NCBI GenBank assembly: GCA_002269645.1
Contig: NIVC01003017.1
Span: forward strand, 1-62,707
Direction: 5' to 3'
Length of the DNA stretch: 62,707 nt
DNA from: Macrostomum lignano
Taxonomy: Eukaryota
Shown piece after piece: positions 1 through 14,130 of the stretch. A program made the position numbers and the translations under genes. Every line of letters starts with the position of its first letter. The first letter of the stretch is position 1. The notes below the pieces were generated by a model, which was not told the DNA's origin, made no database searches, and saw only the letters and a program-made list of their open reading frames with translations.

Positions 1-3000
1 TGTTTAAATATGAAAATTAAATTCACAGCATTCAAGAAAAGATTTTCATACTTTTAGCTTTCTGCAAAATTGTGCTCATTTTGGAGTTCAATGGGGTTCG
101 ACCGACCCCCCAATAGTTGGTGGGGGGGGGTTCAATTTCTAGCTGCACTGCGTATTGGAAGGGGGGTCGGTTGCTGTGTATTTGAGGGTTGATTTAGATT
201 GCGCAATCTTTTTGTTAACTTTAACTGAGGCTGATACTGACTGCCTGAGAAATAAGTTGCGCAATTTAATTGGTTCAATGTTTTTACGGGCGCGCTTTCA
301 ACACGCAGCTGTCAACCCTAACCCTAACCCTAACCAATGAATTCTGAGAGCTGGGCTGTTTGACGGAGAAATTTCGATTTAGTCCAGTTTCACGGAGAGG
401 ATTTCTATTTCGCGGAGAATATTTCGATGGTGTTCAGTTTCACGGAGAGGATTTCGATAGTGTTCAGTTTCACGGAGACGATTTCTGTTGCGCGGAGAGG
501 TGTTAAAAAATGGGATTCCGCTGATGGAGTTCAGGGAATGGAATTCCGCTGATTGGAGTTCTTCCCCTTTCTTCTCCGAAGGAGGAGTTGGCTCGTCTTA
601 ATACTAAAACTGGTGCGTTGTTTGTCTGTGTGTGTGTGTGTTTGTTGGATAATCCTCCTAGAATACTTGCAAGTCAGCGTTGAAACTTATGTGGGAAAAC
701 TGCAAATTTTCCGAGGATGGCTTTCTTAATACTAAAACTGGTGCGTTGTTTGTCTGTGTGTGTGTGTGTTTGTTGGATAACTCCTCCTAGAATACTTGCA
801 AGTCAGCGTTGAAACTTATGTGGGAAAACTGCAAATTTTCCGAGGATGGCTTTAGGCTGTTTTAATCTTTTATTTTTACATTTTAAGATCCCTAAAAAAG
901 CAGAAAACGGCAATTCTGACCTTTGATAATCTTAATTGTACCCTCTTTCTGCTCGGAGCTGAAAATTTGCATGAATTTTGAGTGATTACGCAACAACTTT
1001 TTCCTATCTCGGCAGTGTATTTTCTCTCCAGTGGGGGGATGGGGGCGTTCTCAGTGGCGGCGTGTGTACACTTGGACCCTGGCTCACTGGCTGACTGTAT
1101 AGATAATTGCGCAATGATTTGGCTACTGATAAGTTTTCTTGCCTCTCAATGGGCAGCCCTGTGTATTTGTTGGACATTGAAATTCAATGCATCAGCTAGC
1201 AAGCAGGTAGTTAACGTACACTCGATACTTCAATGCTATAAATCAGACAGTTTCAAACGCTAACTGCTCTTCGAGTTCTAAATGTTAAGAGAAGAGACTT
1301 ATACTGCTGAATAGATCTTGCAACACTGAGTTCGAGGATATAAATTGTTTGCTTTAAATAGAAAAACTAAAAGCACAGCATCAAAAAAACTATTTCCAGA
1401 CTTTTAGCTTTCTGCAAAGATTGTACTCATTTTGGGTTCAATGGGCGTTCGACGACCCCCCAACAGTTGGGGGTTCAATTTCTAACTGCCACTGCGTAGT
1501 GGAAGGGGGTCGGCGCTGTGTACTGGAGGGTTGATTTAGATTGCGCAAACTTTTTGTTAACTTGAACTGAGACTGATACTGACTGACTGTGAAATCGGTT
1601 GCGCCATCAATTTGTTTTATTATCTGTGCCTTTCAATAGGCTGCCCTGTGAAGTTTTGGACATTGAAATTCAATGCATAAACTTGCGAGCCTCTTTAGCA
1701 GGCAGTGAACGTACACTCGATATTTCAATGCTTTAAATCAGAAAGTTTCAAACGCAAACTGTTGCTCGAGTTTCTAACTTTGATAGGAGAAACTTATATT
1801 GCTGGAAAGATCTTGCAACGCTGAGTTCGGGGATATAATTTGTTATCTTTAAATATGAAAAGAAAAAGCACAGCATTTAAAAAAACTATTTCCATGCTTT
1901 TAATTTTCTGCAAAATTGTTCTCAGTTTTGCGAGACGTAATAGATAAAGTTGGGGGGGAGGGTTCAACTTCTCACTGCTGCTGTGTATTGGAGGGTTGAT
2001 TTAGATTGCGCAATGTTTTTGTTAACTTTAACTGAGACTGATACTGACTGACTGAGAAATCGGTTGCGCAATGAATTGATTCAATTAGTTCAATATTTTT
2101 ATCAGTGCCTTTTAACACGAAGCTGTGCGTAGTTCTAACCCTAACCCTAACCCTAACCTAACCAATGAATCTGGAGAGTTGAGTTGTTTGACGGAAAAAA
2201 TCGATTGAGTCCAGTTTAGCGGAGACGATTTCAATGTTTTAATTTTGACGGAGAGGATTTCTGTTTGGTGGAGAGGATTTCTATTTCTCGGAGGGGATTT
2301 TGATGAATGTCAGTTTCACGGAGAGGTGTTTGATGGAGTTCTCTTTACGGAGAAGATTTCGATGATGTTCAGTTTCGCGGAGAGGAGTTGGATGATGGGA
2401 TTCAGGGAATGGCATTTCAGGGAATGGAGTACCGGTGATGGGAATTCTTCCCCTTTCTCCTCCAGAGGAGGAGTTGGCCTCGTCTCTTAATACTAAAAGT
2501 GGTGCGTTGTTTGTCTGTATGTATGTCAGTTCGATAACTCCTCCTAGAATACTTGCAACTCAGCGTTGAAACTTATGTGGGAAAACTGCAAATTTTCCGA
2601 GGATGGCTTTAGGCTATTTTAATCTTTTATTTTTACATTTTAAGATCCCTAAAAAGCAGAAAACGGCAATTCTGACCTTTGATAATCTTAATTGTCCTCT
2701 CTTTCCGCTCGGAGCTGAAAATTTGCATGAATTTTGAGTGATTACGCAACAACTTTTTCCTATCTCGGCAGTGTATTTTCTCTCCAGTGGGGGGATGGGG
2801 GCGTTCTCAGTGGCGGCGTGTGTACACTTGGACCCTGGCTCACTGGCTGACTGTATAGATAATTGCGCAATGATTTGGCTACTGATAAGTTTTCTTGCCT
2901 CTCAATGGGCAGCCCTGTGTATTTGTTGGACATTGAAATTCAATGCATCAGCTAGCAAGCAGGTAGTTAACGTACACTCGATACTTCAATGCTATAAATC

Positions 3001-6000
3001 AGACATAATGTTCTAAATGTTCTAAATGTTAAGAGAAGAGACTTATACTGCTGAATAGATCTTGCAACACTGAGTTCGAGGATATAAATTGTTTGCTTTA
3101 AATAGAAAAACTAAAAGCACAGCATCAAAAAAACTATTTCCAGACTTTTAGCTTTCTGCAAAGATTGTACTCATTTTGGGGTTCAATGGGCGTTCGACCG
3201 ACCCCCCAACAGTTGGGGGTTCAATTTCTAACTGCCACTGCGTAGTGGAAGGGGGTCGGGCGCTGTGTACTGGAGGGTTGATTTAGATTGCGCAAACTTT
3301 TTGTTAACTTGAACTGAGACTGATACTGACTGACTGTGAAATCGGTTGCGCCATCAATTTGTTTTATTATCTGTGCCTTTCAATAGGCTGCCCTGTGAAG
3401 TTTTGGACATTGAAATTCAATGCATAAACTTGCGAGCCTCTTTAGCAGGCAGTGAACGTACACTCGATATTTCAATGCTTTAAATCAGAAAGTTTCAAAC
3501 GCAAACTGTTGCTCGAGTTTCTAACTTTGATAGGAGAAACTTATATTGCTGGAAAGATCTTGCAACGCTGAGTTCGGGGATATAATTTGTTATCTTTAAA
3601 TATGAAAAGAAAAATCACAGCATTTAAAAAAACTATTTCCATGCTTTTAATTTTCTGCAAAAATTGTTCTCAGTTTTGCGAGACGTAATAGATAAAGTTG
3701 GGGGGGAGGGTTCAACTTCTCACTGCTGCTGTGTATTGGAGGGTTGATTTAGATTGCGCAATGTTTTGTTAACTTTAACTGAGACTGATACTGACTGACT
3801 GAGAAATCGGTTGCGCAATGAATTGATTCAATTAGTTCAATATTTTTATCAGTGCCTTTTAACACGAAGCTGTGCGTAGTTCTAACCCTAACCCTAACCC
3901 TAACCCTAACCAATGAATCTGGAGAGTTGAGTTGTTTGACGGAAAAAATCGATTGAGTCCAGTTTAGCGGAGACGATTTCAATGTTTTAATTTTGACGGA
4001 GAGGATTTCTGTTTGGTGGAGAGGATTTCTATTTCTCGGAGGGGATTTTGATGAATGTCAGTTTCACGGAGAGGTGTTTGATGGAGTTCTCTTTTACGGA
4101 GAAGATTTCGATGATGTTCAGTTTCGCGGAGAGGAGTTGGATGATGGGATTCAGGGAATGGCATTTCAGGGAATGGAGTACCGGTGATGGGAATTCTTCC
4201 CCTTTCTCCTCCAGAGGAGGAGTTGGCCTCGTATATACTAAAGTTGACGCGTTGTTTGTCTGTCTGTCTGTGTGTCTGTCTGTCATTTCGACAACTCCTC
4301 CTTGAATAGTGGCAACTCAGCGTTGAAACTTATATGGGAAGATTGGAAATTATCCGAGGTCGGCTATAGGCTATTTTAATTCTGAAATTTTAATTTCTAA
4401 GATCCTCAAAAAAGCAGAAAACTTGAATATTGACCTTTGATAATCTTAATTGTCCCCTCTTTCTGCTTGGAGCTGAAAATTTGCATGAATTTCAAGTGAT
4501 TGCGCCACAACTTTTCCCTATCTCTGCAGTGTATTTTCTCTCCAGTGGGGGATGGGGCGTTCTAAATGGCTGCCTGTGTACAATCGGACCCTGGCTCACT
4601 GGCTGACTGTATAGACAATTGCGCAAAGATTTGTGTTCTAATTTTCAATAGGCAGCCCTGTGATTTTGTTGAACCTTGAAATTCAATGCATAAACTTGCG
4701 GGCCTCTTTAGCAGGCAGTGAACGTACAATCGATATTTCAATGCTTTAAATCAGAAAGTTTCAAACGCAAACTGTTGCTCGAGTTTTAAACTTTGAGAGG
4801 AGAGACTTATATTGCTGGAAAGATCTTGCAACGCTGAGTTCGGGATGTAAGTTGTTTGCTTTAAATATAAAAAGAAAAAGCACAGCATTTAAAAAACTAT
4901 TTCCATACTTTTAACTTTCTGCAAAAATCGTACTCAGTTTTGCGAGACGTAATAGATAAAGTTGGGGGAGGGTTCAACTTCTCACTGCTGCTGTGTATTG
5001 GAGTGTTGATTTAGATTGCGCAATGTTTTTGTTAACTTTAACTGCGACTGATACTGACTGACTGTGAAATCGGTTGCGCAATGAATTGATTCAATTAGTT
5101 CAATATTTTTATCAGTGCCTTTTAACACGAAGCTGTGCGTTCTAACCCTAACCCTAACCCTAACCAATGAATCCGGAGAGTTGAGTTGTTTGACGGCAAA
5201 AAATTCGATTGAGTCCAGTTTAGTGGAGACGATTTCAATGTTTTAATTTTGACGGAGAGGATTTCTGTTTCGTGGAGAGGATTTCGATGGTGTTCAGTTT
5301 CACGGAGAGGATTTCGATGATGTTCAGCTTCACGGAGAGGATTTCTGTTTCGCGGAGATAAGTTATGATTGATTTCTGTTTTATGGAGACGATTTTGATG
5401 GATTTAAGTTTCAAGGAGAGGATTTCGAAGGAGTCCAGTTTCACGGAGAGGATTTCGATGGTTTTCAGTTGCACGGACAGGATTTCTGCTTCGCGGAGAG
5501 GATCTTGATGGATTTGGCATCTTCAATCAGTCAGAGAAGAGAGTAAAGAGAAGAATGAAAAGAGAAGAGAGATGAGATGATAGTAAACAGAGTAGAAATG
5601 AGTGGAGAGATTAGACATGACAGATGGGAGAGAAGAGGGTAGTAAGGCGGGAACGAAGGAAGAAAGAAGAGAAGAGGAGAGAGGAGATGAAGGGAGAGGA
5701 TATGAGAGAGGAGATATGAGATAGCAGAGAGGAGACAGGACAGAGAAGAAAAGAGGGATAAGAGCGCACAGAGGCAATAGAAGAGAGGAAAGAGAGGAGA
5801 GAGGTGAGAGGTGAGAGGAGAGAGATGAAAGATCAGAGATCAGAGATTTAAGAGAAGAAAGTAGTGAGGAGAAAGAAGAGGGTAAAGATGAGAGTGCAGA
5901 GAGGAGAGAAACGAGAGGAGACAGGTGGTAGAAAGGAGTGTAAAAAACAGGAGATAAGAAAGGAGAGGGTGAGAGTGAGAGCATATAGGAAAGTGTAAAA

Positions 6001-6744
6001 GGGGAGCAGAGGAGAGAGAATAGATAAGTGAGTAGAGAAGAGATATGAGAGAGGAGAGATTAGAGATTAGAGAAGAGATGAGGGAGATAAGAGGAGAGAA
6101 GAGAGAATGGAGAGGAGAGAAAAGAGAGGCGAGGAGACAGGTGATGCAGTAGAAAGGAGGGAAGAAAGATGGGAGATAAGAAAGGAGAGGGTGAGAGCGT
6201 ATAAGAGATACGAGAAATGAGAGCAGAGAGAAGAGAGAAAAGGGAAGAGAGAAAGTAGAGCGGAGACGATAGATAAGTGAGTAGAGATGAGATATGAGAG
6301 AGGAGAGAAAAGGGGAGAGATAAGAGAGAAGATAGGAGAGTAGACAGGAGAGGATACAGACGAAAGACGAGGGAGAAGAGATAAATAAGGGAGTAGAGAT
6401 GAGAAAAGAGAGAGAAGAGATAAGCGAGAAGAGTAGGAATAGAGGAGAGAGAGAAGCGAGAGAAGGGAGAGAGGAGGGAGAGGAGGAGATGAAAGATCAG
6501 AGATGAGAGAGATGAAAGTGTAAAGAGGAGTAATTAGTGAGGAGAAAGAAGAGAGTAAAAATAAAAATCAGAGCGCAGGGCGCAAGAGATGAGAGATGGG
6601 AGTTGATAGATTGTAGAGGATTTGGAAATGATTTGGAAGATGGGATTCAATTCATGGAATTTCAGCTGATAGGAGTTCTTCCCCTTCAGAATTCCGGTGA
6701 TGGGAGTTCTTCCCCTTTCTCCTCCGAAGGAGGAGTTCCACTCG
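1..6744 (+). mobile_element. Tandem head-to-tail array of non-autonomous Helitron units (partial unit 1-595; duplicated 5' end 596-723; units 724-2482, 2483-4231, 4232-6744)
   Basis: Period is ~1750 bp (identical ORF starts at 982/2738 and 2245/3993). Each unit starts TC/TA-(T)ATACTAAAA followed by (GTCT/GT)n. Each ends in a CTCCTCC-nnn-GGAGGAG hairpin ~9 nt before CTCG, which directly abuts the next 5' end. The same termini bracket the RepHel element. Confidence 0.75.
5525..6610 (+). repeat. ~1.1 kb purine-rich (A/G) low-complexity tract inside the third Helitron unit
   Basis: The plus strand is almost entirely GA/GGA/AGA motifs, with an internal partial duplication. It explains why this unit is 2.5 kb rather than 1.75 kb. 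Confidence 0.9.
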
Positions 6745-8122
6745 TCTTAATACTAAAAGTGGTGCGTTGTTTGTCTGTATGTATGTCAGTTCGATAACTC
6801 CTCCTAGAATACTTGCAACTCAGCGTTGAAACTTATATGGGAAAACTGCAAATTTTCCGAGGATGGCTTTAGGCTATTTTAATCTTTCATTTTTTAATTT
6901 TAAGATCCCTAAAAAAGCAGAAAGCAGCAATTCTGACCTTTGATAATCTTATTTGTCCCCTCTTTCTGCTCGAAGCTGAAAAAATGTATCAATTTTGAGT
7001 GATTGCGCCACAACTTTCTCCTATCTCGGCAGTGCATTTTCTCTCCAGTGGGGGGATGGTCGCGTTCTCAGTGGCTGCGTGTGTACAATCGGACCCTGGC
7101 TGAAAAAATAAATTTCACTTAACTGCACATCGGCCAAATTGAACTGTGCGTATTTTGTGGGTTGGTGGGTGGGTAGGAAGCGCAATTATATGGCTACTGG
7201 GTCGAAATTCAATTGGTTTTATATTCAGAAAGACAAGCCTTTCAACTGACTGCCCCTGTGTATTTGTTGCACAGTGAAATTCAATGCATATAACTGATAC
7301 TGACTAACTGAGAAATGGATTGCGCCATCAATTTGCCTTTCAAAAGGCTGCCCCTGTGTAATAGCTGGGCAGTGAAATTCAATAAAAACTTGCGAGCCTC
7401 TTTAGCAGGCAGTGAATGTACACTCGATATTTCAATGCTTTAAATTACACAGTTTCAAACGCTAACTGCTCACAGCGACTTGCTCAACTGCTCAACTGCT
7501 CTTCGAGTTTTAAACTTTAAGAGGAGAGATTTATATTGCTGGAAAGAACTTGCAACGCTGAGTTCAGGGATATAAGTTGTTTGCTTTAAATATGAAAACT
7601 AAAAGCACAGCATTCAAAAAACAATTTCCATACTTTTAACTTTCTTCAGAGTGCACTCATTATGGGGGTTCAATGGGGGTTTGATCGACCCCCCAACAGT
7701 GTGGGGGAGGGCGGTTCAACTTTTAATTGCCACTGCGTATTGGAAGGGGGTCAGTCGCTGTGTATTGGATGGTTGATTTAGATTGCGCGATCATTTTAAT
7801 TGATACTCTTACTGACTGACTAAGAAATCGATTGCGCTATTCAATATTGGGGGAGGCAGGGTTGGGGGCTTAAGTTATTTTTTATTGACAAAAGATAATG
7901 TACATTGGGCTTCTACTTACACTGGGCCCTTACTTAACGTTGTGATTTTTCAATTCAGTTTCATTTATTTCGATATCATAATAGAATTCTCACCAATCGT
8001 CCGATCTTCCTATTTCTATACTTTTGCTTATTTCTGCCCTTTGCTTCTTGCTTTTTGCCTGTGTGCTATTCGCCATTTGCTTATATTTATTTATTTTTAT
8101 ATTATAACTTAAACTTATTATA

Positions 8123-11100
8123 ATGCCAAAACGTGGTCGTGGAAGCCTTTCCCGCTCTACACGCGCTGCATCGAATGCCAAGAGGCGCAGGGCGTCCGAG
8201 ACACCTGATGAGCGGGCAGCGCGCGTTGAGCGGGAGCGGCAGCATAAGGCCGAGAGCCGCGAGGGTGAGGGCGATGTGGAGCGCCAGCATCGCCTTGAGT
8301 CAAACCGACTGCGTGCAGCCGGATGCCGCGAGGTTGAAGACGAAGTTGAGCGCCAGCATCGCCTTGAGTCAAATCGACTGCGTGCAGCCGAAAGCCGTGA
8401 TGATGAAGACGAGGCGGAGCGCCAGCGTCGACTCGACCACGACCGGCTGCGTTCTGCCGAAGGTCGGCAAGCCGAAGACGAGGCCGTCCATCAGCATCGT
8501 CTGGAGGCGCAGCGGCAGCGCCAGAGCAAGAATCGTGCGGTTGAGTCCGCGGTAGACCACGACCGCCGACTACATGCACAGGCAGAGAGGCGCCGAGACA
8601 GGTAGGGTTGTTATATATTTTATTCTGCTATCCTTATGCTCAGCTGCTCATTCTTTAGGATTATTATACTAACTGCATGTACGTCTGCTCTTTATTTCAT
8701 TGCCACAGACTGTTGGAGCTGGCACACCAGCCACATGTGCTCGGTCGCATGGACCGCCAATGCCTTCACTGCAGCGCGCTACGCTGGAAGGACGAGCCAG
8801 CTAGCATTTGCTGCCATGCAGGAAAGGTGAGTTAAAATTTTCAACATTAGTTTATTTAAATTGCTGCCTCATTGATGCTTTTTTATACCGATCATTACTT
8901 TATAAAATCAATATTGTACAAAGCCTCTGACCATCAATAGATTCAAAGACAATTGCGTGATTTGCTGCAGCCCGTTTCAACATAAAGCTACTTGAGTCTT
9001 TTTTCATTTCCCTGACAGACCGTCCTGGAGCAGCGCCGAGACCCGCCTGATGTTCTGAAGCGACTGCTGACTGGCGAGCATCCGTTCAGCCCGCAGTTCC
9101 TGAAGGACATCAGGAAGTACAACGGCGCGCTCCACATGACCTCGCTTGGTTCCAGGCAGCGTGAGCAGCCCGGGTGGAACCCGAGCTTCATCCTCCATGG
9201 TCAGATGCACCATCGCATTGGCAGCCTGTTGCCAGACCCGGGGGATGCGGCCAGGTTCTGCCAGGTCTTCTTTGTGGACCAAGAGCTGCAGAACAGACTG
9301 CAATGGACGGCTGGTCTCAACGACACTTTGCTGCGGGAGCTGCAAGCTGTTCTGCATGACTGCAACAGCTACGTGCGCAGCCTCAAGTCCGCAGTCGACT
9401 TGCTGCGCAGCGACCCGCAATTGCAGAGCGCCAGGGTCGTCATCAACCCCGATGCCCGCCCATCTGGGGAGCATGTCCGACGCTTCAACTTGCCCGAGTG
9501 CAGTGAGGTCGGCATCCTGACGGACCTTGGCGATGCTGATGGCGTAGTTCAGGCGCAATGGCGGAGCGTGGTTTTGCGTCTGAGAGGTGGTGGTAAGTAC
9601 TTTAAGCGCCTTAAAAGACTTAAAATTTGGGTTGCATTGCAAAGTCAGATAATAGACACATTCTCGGCTATTCAAGTGTACATTTTTCTTGCATTTGAAC
9701 TGCATTCACAGGCCTCCAGGAGATCTCTGAGACCCATCGCTCCTACGATCCGTTGGAGTACGTGCTGCTGCTTCCGTACGGCGAGGACGGCTGGCACATT
9801 GGGCTCAAGAAGGATCGAGGCATCACCATGATGAAGTACTACGCCTACTTGATCCAGGTGCGACCAGGCCAGTTCAACAGCCTGCTGTACGGTCGCCGGC
9901 TCTTCCAGCAGTACCTGGTGGACCAGGCTGCCAAGATCGAGTCGGAGCGACTTACGTACATCCGGCAGCACCAAACGGATCTGGTGTCTGAAAGTCTTCG
10001 GGGTCTCCGAGACGCGCTGCACGAGGACGACGGCAGGCCGGAGGAAGTCGGGAAGCGTGTCATTCTTACTTCCAGCTACGTGGGAGGTCCACGGTACCGT
10101 CTGGAGCGTCAGCAGGATGCCATGGCGTATGTTCACGCCTTTGGCCGCCCAGACCTGTTTCTGACGATGACATGCAACCCGAAGTGGCCGGAAATTCTGG
10201 CCGAGCTGCTTCCGGGCCAGACTGCCGTCGATCGGCCGGACATCACCGCCCGGGTGTTCGAGCTGAAGAAGAAGGCCTTCTTAAACAGGCTGAAGAGTCT
10301 GTTTGGAGATACTCTGGCTCGAGTCTGCTCGCTGGAGTACCAGAAGCGAGGCAAGTGTACTTTTTAGCTTTAAACTGTAGCATTAACTGTTGGCTCCATA
10401 ACTTCGTAAATTTCAATAAAATTATTGATTATCAATTATCAATAAATTTTATCCACAACCAGGTCTTCCCCACGTGCACGCGCTGCTGTGGCTGGCGAAC
10501 AAGCTGAAGCCGGATCAGTACGACGCCGTCATCAGCGCGGAGATCCCGGACCCTGTCGCCGACGCCGACCTGCATCAGCTGGTGGCGGAGAACATGCTGC
10601 ACGGTCCCTGTGGACAGCAGCTCAATTCTGCCGCGGCGTGCATGGAGAAAGGCAGGTGCAGCAAGCGCTACCCGAGGGAGTTCCTGGCCGCCACGAAGGT
10701 CGAGGAGGATGGCTACCCGCATTACTGCCGCAGATCCGTCGAGATGGGCGGCTTCACGGTGACGAAGCTCGCAAAGCTGCGCGGCGGTCAGAGGGTGATG
10801 TTCACCTTTGACAACCGCTGGGTGGTGCCGTACTGCCCAGCGCTGCTGCGCGAGTTTCGCTGTCACCTGAATGTCGAGATCTGCGCGACAGTTCGGGCCA
10901 TCAAGTACGTGGTGAAGTACATCACCAAGGGTAGCGACATGGCAGCATACCAGATCCGCAAGGAGTCGGCGGCTGCTGCGAATGCCAGCGCTGATTCGGC
11001 CACTGAAGGACCACTGGCGATCGCCGGTCCGTCCACGTCGACTGGGACTGCTGCTGCTGCTGCTGCGACTTCCGCAAAGCGACACAAGATCGACGAGATC

Positions 11101-13795
11101 GACGAATACCTACTGGGCAGGTTCATCGGTCCAATGGAGGCAGTTAACACCATCCTGGGCTTCGAGGTGCACAGCCGATACCCCCCTGTGATCAGGCTCG
11201 CGGTTCATCTTAAGGACGAGCAGCGAGTTTTTTTCACAGACGAGACGGCTCAGGCTATTGCTGCTACGCCCAAGGCCACAACTTTGACCGCCTTCTTCGA
11301 TGTGAGTTTTGCAGACAGAGTGCAATTTGTTCAATTTTTGCTCCTTCCTGTTCCTAAACGCCCAGTTTCCTGTTCCTACCCGCCCAGCTTTGTCGCCATG
11401 ACGAAATCGCCCGAGGTCTGCTGTACCAGGAGGTGCCCCGGCACTTCACCTGGGACCCCAGGGCGCACCAGTGGCATCGCGCAGGTCGCGGTCGAGTCGC
11501 TGCTGATCAGCCAGCCGATGTTCTGACGACCAGCAACATCGGCCGCATCTACACAGTCAGTCCTCGGATGGGCGACTGTTTCTACCTGCGCCTGCTGCTG
11601 GTGAATGTGCGCGGCCCGACTTCGTTCGAGGCTCTGCGCACTGTTGATGGAGTCCTGTTGCCGACCTTCAAGGCCGCCTGCCAGGCTCGCGGACTGCTGG
11701 AGGATGACAGGCACTGGCAGCTGTGCCTGTCCGAAGCTGCCCAGACGCGGATGCCTGCTGCTCTGCGCCGACTTTTTGCCGCAATTTTGGCGCACGGCGA
11801 TCCCAGCGACCCCGCGAAGCTCTGGGAGGAGTTTTCCCGCGAGATGGCTGGCGACCTGCTGCACCAGGGCTTGAGCGCCGAGGCTGCTATGGCCGAAGTT
11901 CTGCGGTCGCTGCAGAAGCGGCTGGAGCGGATGGGCGGATCCGAGCTGTCTGCCTACGGCCTTCCCGAACCACTGGCAGAAGCGGATCAAGTAAATGAAC
12001 TCACTGCTATGCACGTAGTGCAGTATGTACTCACTGCATATGCACGTAGTGCTATGCAGTTTTTAACCTTTAATAGCTTACTGATTACAGCTTCTTCTCA
12101 ATATCCAGACTCGGCTTCTTTCTGATTGCCTGCCGACGCTGCAAGAAGCTGCTGAGCTGCAGTCTGAAGTGGATGCGCTGGTCGCTACCCTGACTGACGA
12201 GCAGCGAGCTGTCTTCGAGGCCGTGCAGTCCAATCTGACGGCCGGCGGCGGCGGGCTGCATTTCATTGACGCTCCTGGCGGCACAGGCAAGACGTTCCTG
12301 CTCACGCTTCTGCTGAAGTCGGTTCGAGCAAGGCGTCAAATTGCTGTTGCCGTCGCGTCATCGGGCATCGCGGCGACTATTCTTCCCGGAGGTCGAACCG
12401 CCCACTCGATGTGAGTTTTGTGTCTGCATAAATCATTTTATAAACTGTTAGTTTTTAAGCACAGAAAGTCATGCCTAATTTATCATCACAATAGACCATC
12501 CTCGCGATACCTGCCTGCAGGTTCAAGATCCCCGTCTGCGCTGTACGGCAGGACAGCGCCTTCTGCTCCATCGGCAGGCGGAGCAAACTGGCGGAGATTC
12601 TGCGGAACGCCCGCCTCATCGTGTGGGACGAGGCTCCGATGACGCACCGCAAAGACCTCGAGATCGTCGAGCGTTCTCTGCGTGATTTGCTGCACGGTGG
12701 GCAGCCGTTCGGGGGAGCGCTGCTGGTGCTGGCTGGCGACTTTCGCCAGTTGCTTGCTGTTGTGCCCGGAGGGACGCAGGCCAACACGATCGAAGCCTGC
12801 CTGAATCGGTCGGTGCTGTGGCGGCACTTCCGGCAGCACCAGCTCACAAGGAATCTGCGGCTGGAGGGCGGCTCGGCTCTCCAAAGCTACGCAGATTTTC
12901 TTATGCAGGTGAGAATCTATGGAGTTTCTATGCTCTAATTAAGCATGAAAATTGTAGAAAAAAATTGTAAAATTTCTACTCAATAAAAATTAAAATTTCT
13001 ACTCATTCCACTTTTCACTGTCAGGTTGGCAACGGGGAGCTGCCAGAGGACGTTGAGGGCATGGTCTCCTTGCCTAGCGAGATCCTTCTGCCCGAGGACA
13101 CAACCACTGAGCAGCTCATCCGGCACGTTTACCCGTCCTTTGAGCCGAGTGCGCAGCGTGACCAGATGTTCGCGGAGCGGAGCATCCTGGCGCCACTCAA
13201 CAGGACGGTGGACGAGGCCAACGCCGCCTGCTTAGCGCTCTTTCCCGGTGAGAGCCGAGTCTACCTGTCGGTCGACTCGATTCCGAATGACGACACGGCA
13301 GCCACCAATTTTCCGCCGGAGCTGCTGAACCGGCTGGACCCCAGCGGTATGTCGCATCACCGACTGGAGCTGAAGGTCGGCATGCCGGTCGTCATGATGA
13401 GGAATCTGGACCCACCGCTGCTGTGCAATGGGACTCGGCTGCTGCTGCGCGAACTGCGTGACAACGTCCTGCTCGCGGAGGTCGCCACTGGCATCTACCG
13501 TGGGCGGCAGGTGTTCATCCCGCGGATTCCGCAGGAGCCGAGTCCGACCGAGATCCCGTTCGTTTTCCGCCGTCTGCAGTTCCCGATCCGGCCGTGCTTC
13601 GCCATGACCATCCACAAGAGCCAGGGCCAGTCGCTGGGCACCTACGCTGTCGACCTGACGACAGCTTGCTTTCAGCATGGCCAGCTCTACGTGGCTCTGA
13701 GTCGTGCGCGGAGTGCCGATGGCGTTAAAGTTCGGGCTCCAGGCGGACGTACGAGAAACATCGTGTTGCGTCAGCTTATCGGCAAGCAGAACTAA
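8123..13795 (+). CDS. Helitron RepHel transposase (HUH Rep + PIF1-like SF1 helicase), 9 exons, ~1570 aa, apparently intact
   Basis: Exons 8123-8601, 8709-8826, 9019-9592, 9712-10350, 10463-11301, 11388-11990, 12109-12410, 12521-12908 and 13025-13795 join in frame (4713 nt). Features: N-terminal charged repeats; Zn motif CLHCSALRWKDEPASICC; Rep motifs PDLFLTMTCNPKW, EYQKRGLPHVH and KYVVKYITKG; helicase motifs DAPGGTGKT, VWDEAPM, GDFRQLL, FAMTIHKSQGQS and HGQLYVALSR. Confidence 0.95.
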
Positions 13796-13867
13796 CTATT
13801 ATCTGAACTGAACTGAATCATAGGCAGGATGAAAGAATATATAGGTTTGAGTGACATATTAGAAGAG

Positions 13868-14130
13868 TGAGTGGCAAATTATGAGAGTGAGTGACAAATT
13901 ATGAGAGTGAGTGACAAATTATGAGAGTGAGTGGCAAATTATGAGAGTGAGTGACGAATTATGAGAGTGAGTGACAAATTATGAGAGTGAGTGACAAATT
14001 ATGAGAGTGAGTGGCAAATTATGAGAGTGAGTGACAAATTATGAGAGTGAGTGGCAAATTATGAGAGTGAGTGACAAATTATGAGAGTGAGTGGCAAATT
14101 ATGAGAGTGAGTGACGAATTATGAGAGAAT
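13868..14130 (+). repeat. 20-bp minisatellite (AGAGTGAGTGACAAATTATG)n, ~13 copies, degenerating to ~14440
   Basis: Direct contiguous tandem copies just downstream of the RepHel stop. Confidence 0.95.

Noticed and set aside
314-337. Chromosome end/true telomere
   Set aside because: Only 3-5 hexamers, at a fixed internal position of a repeated mobile unit.
982-4305. Repeated short ORFs (MITQQLF..., MTERISV...) as genes
   Set aside because: They are by-products of the Helitron unit repeat, use GTG/TTG starts and have variable ends and frames between copies.
5523-5984. 153-aa Ser/Leu-rich ORF
   Set aside because: It is a translation of the pyrimidine strand of a low-complexity tract.
8133-13678. 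Many alternative-frame and antisense ORFs over RepHel, and similarly over Gypsy pol
   Set aside because: Shadow ORFs expected from high GC3 codon usage; no motifs.
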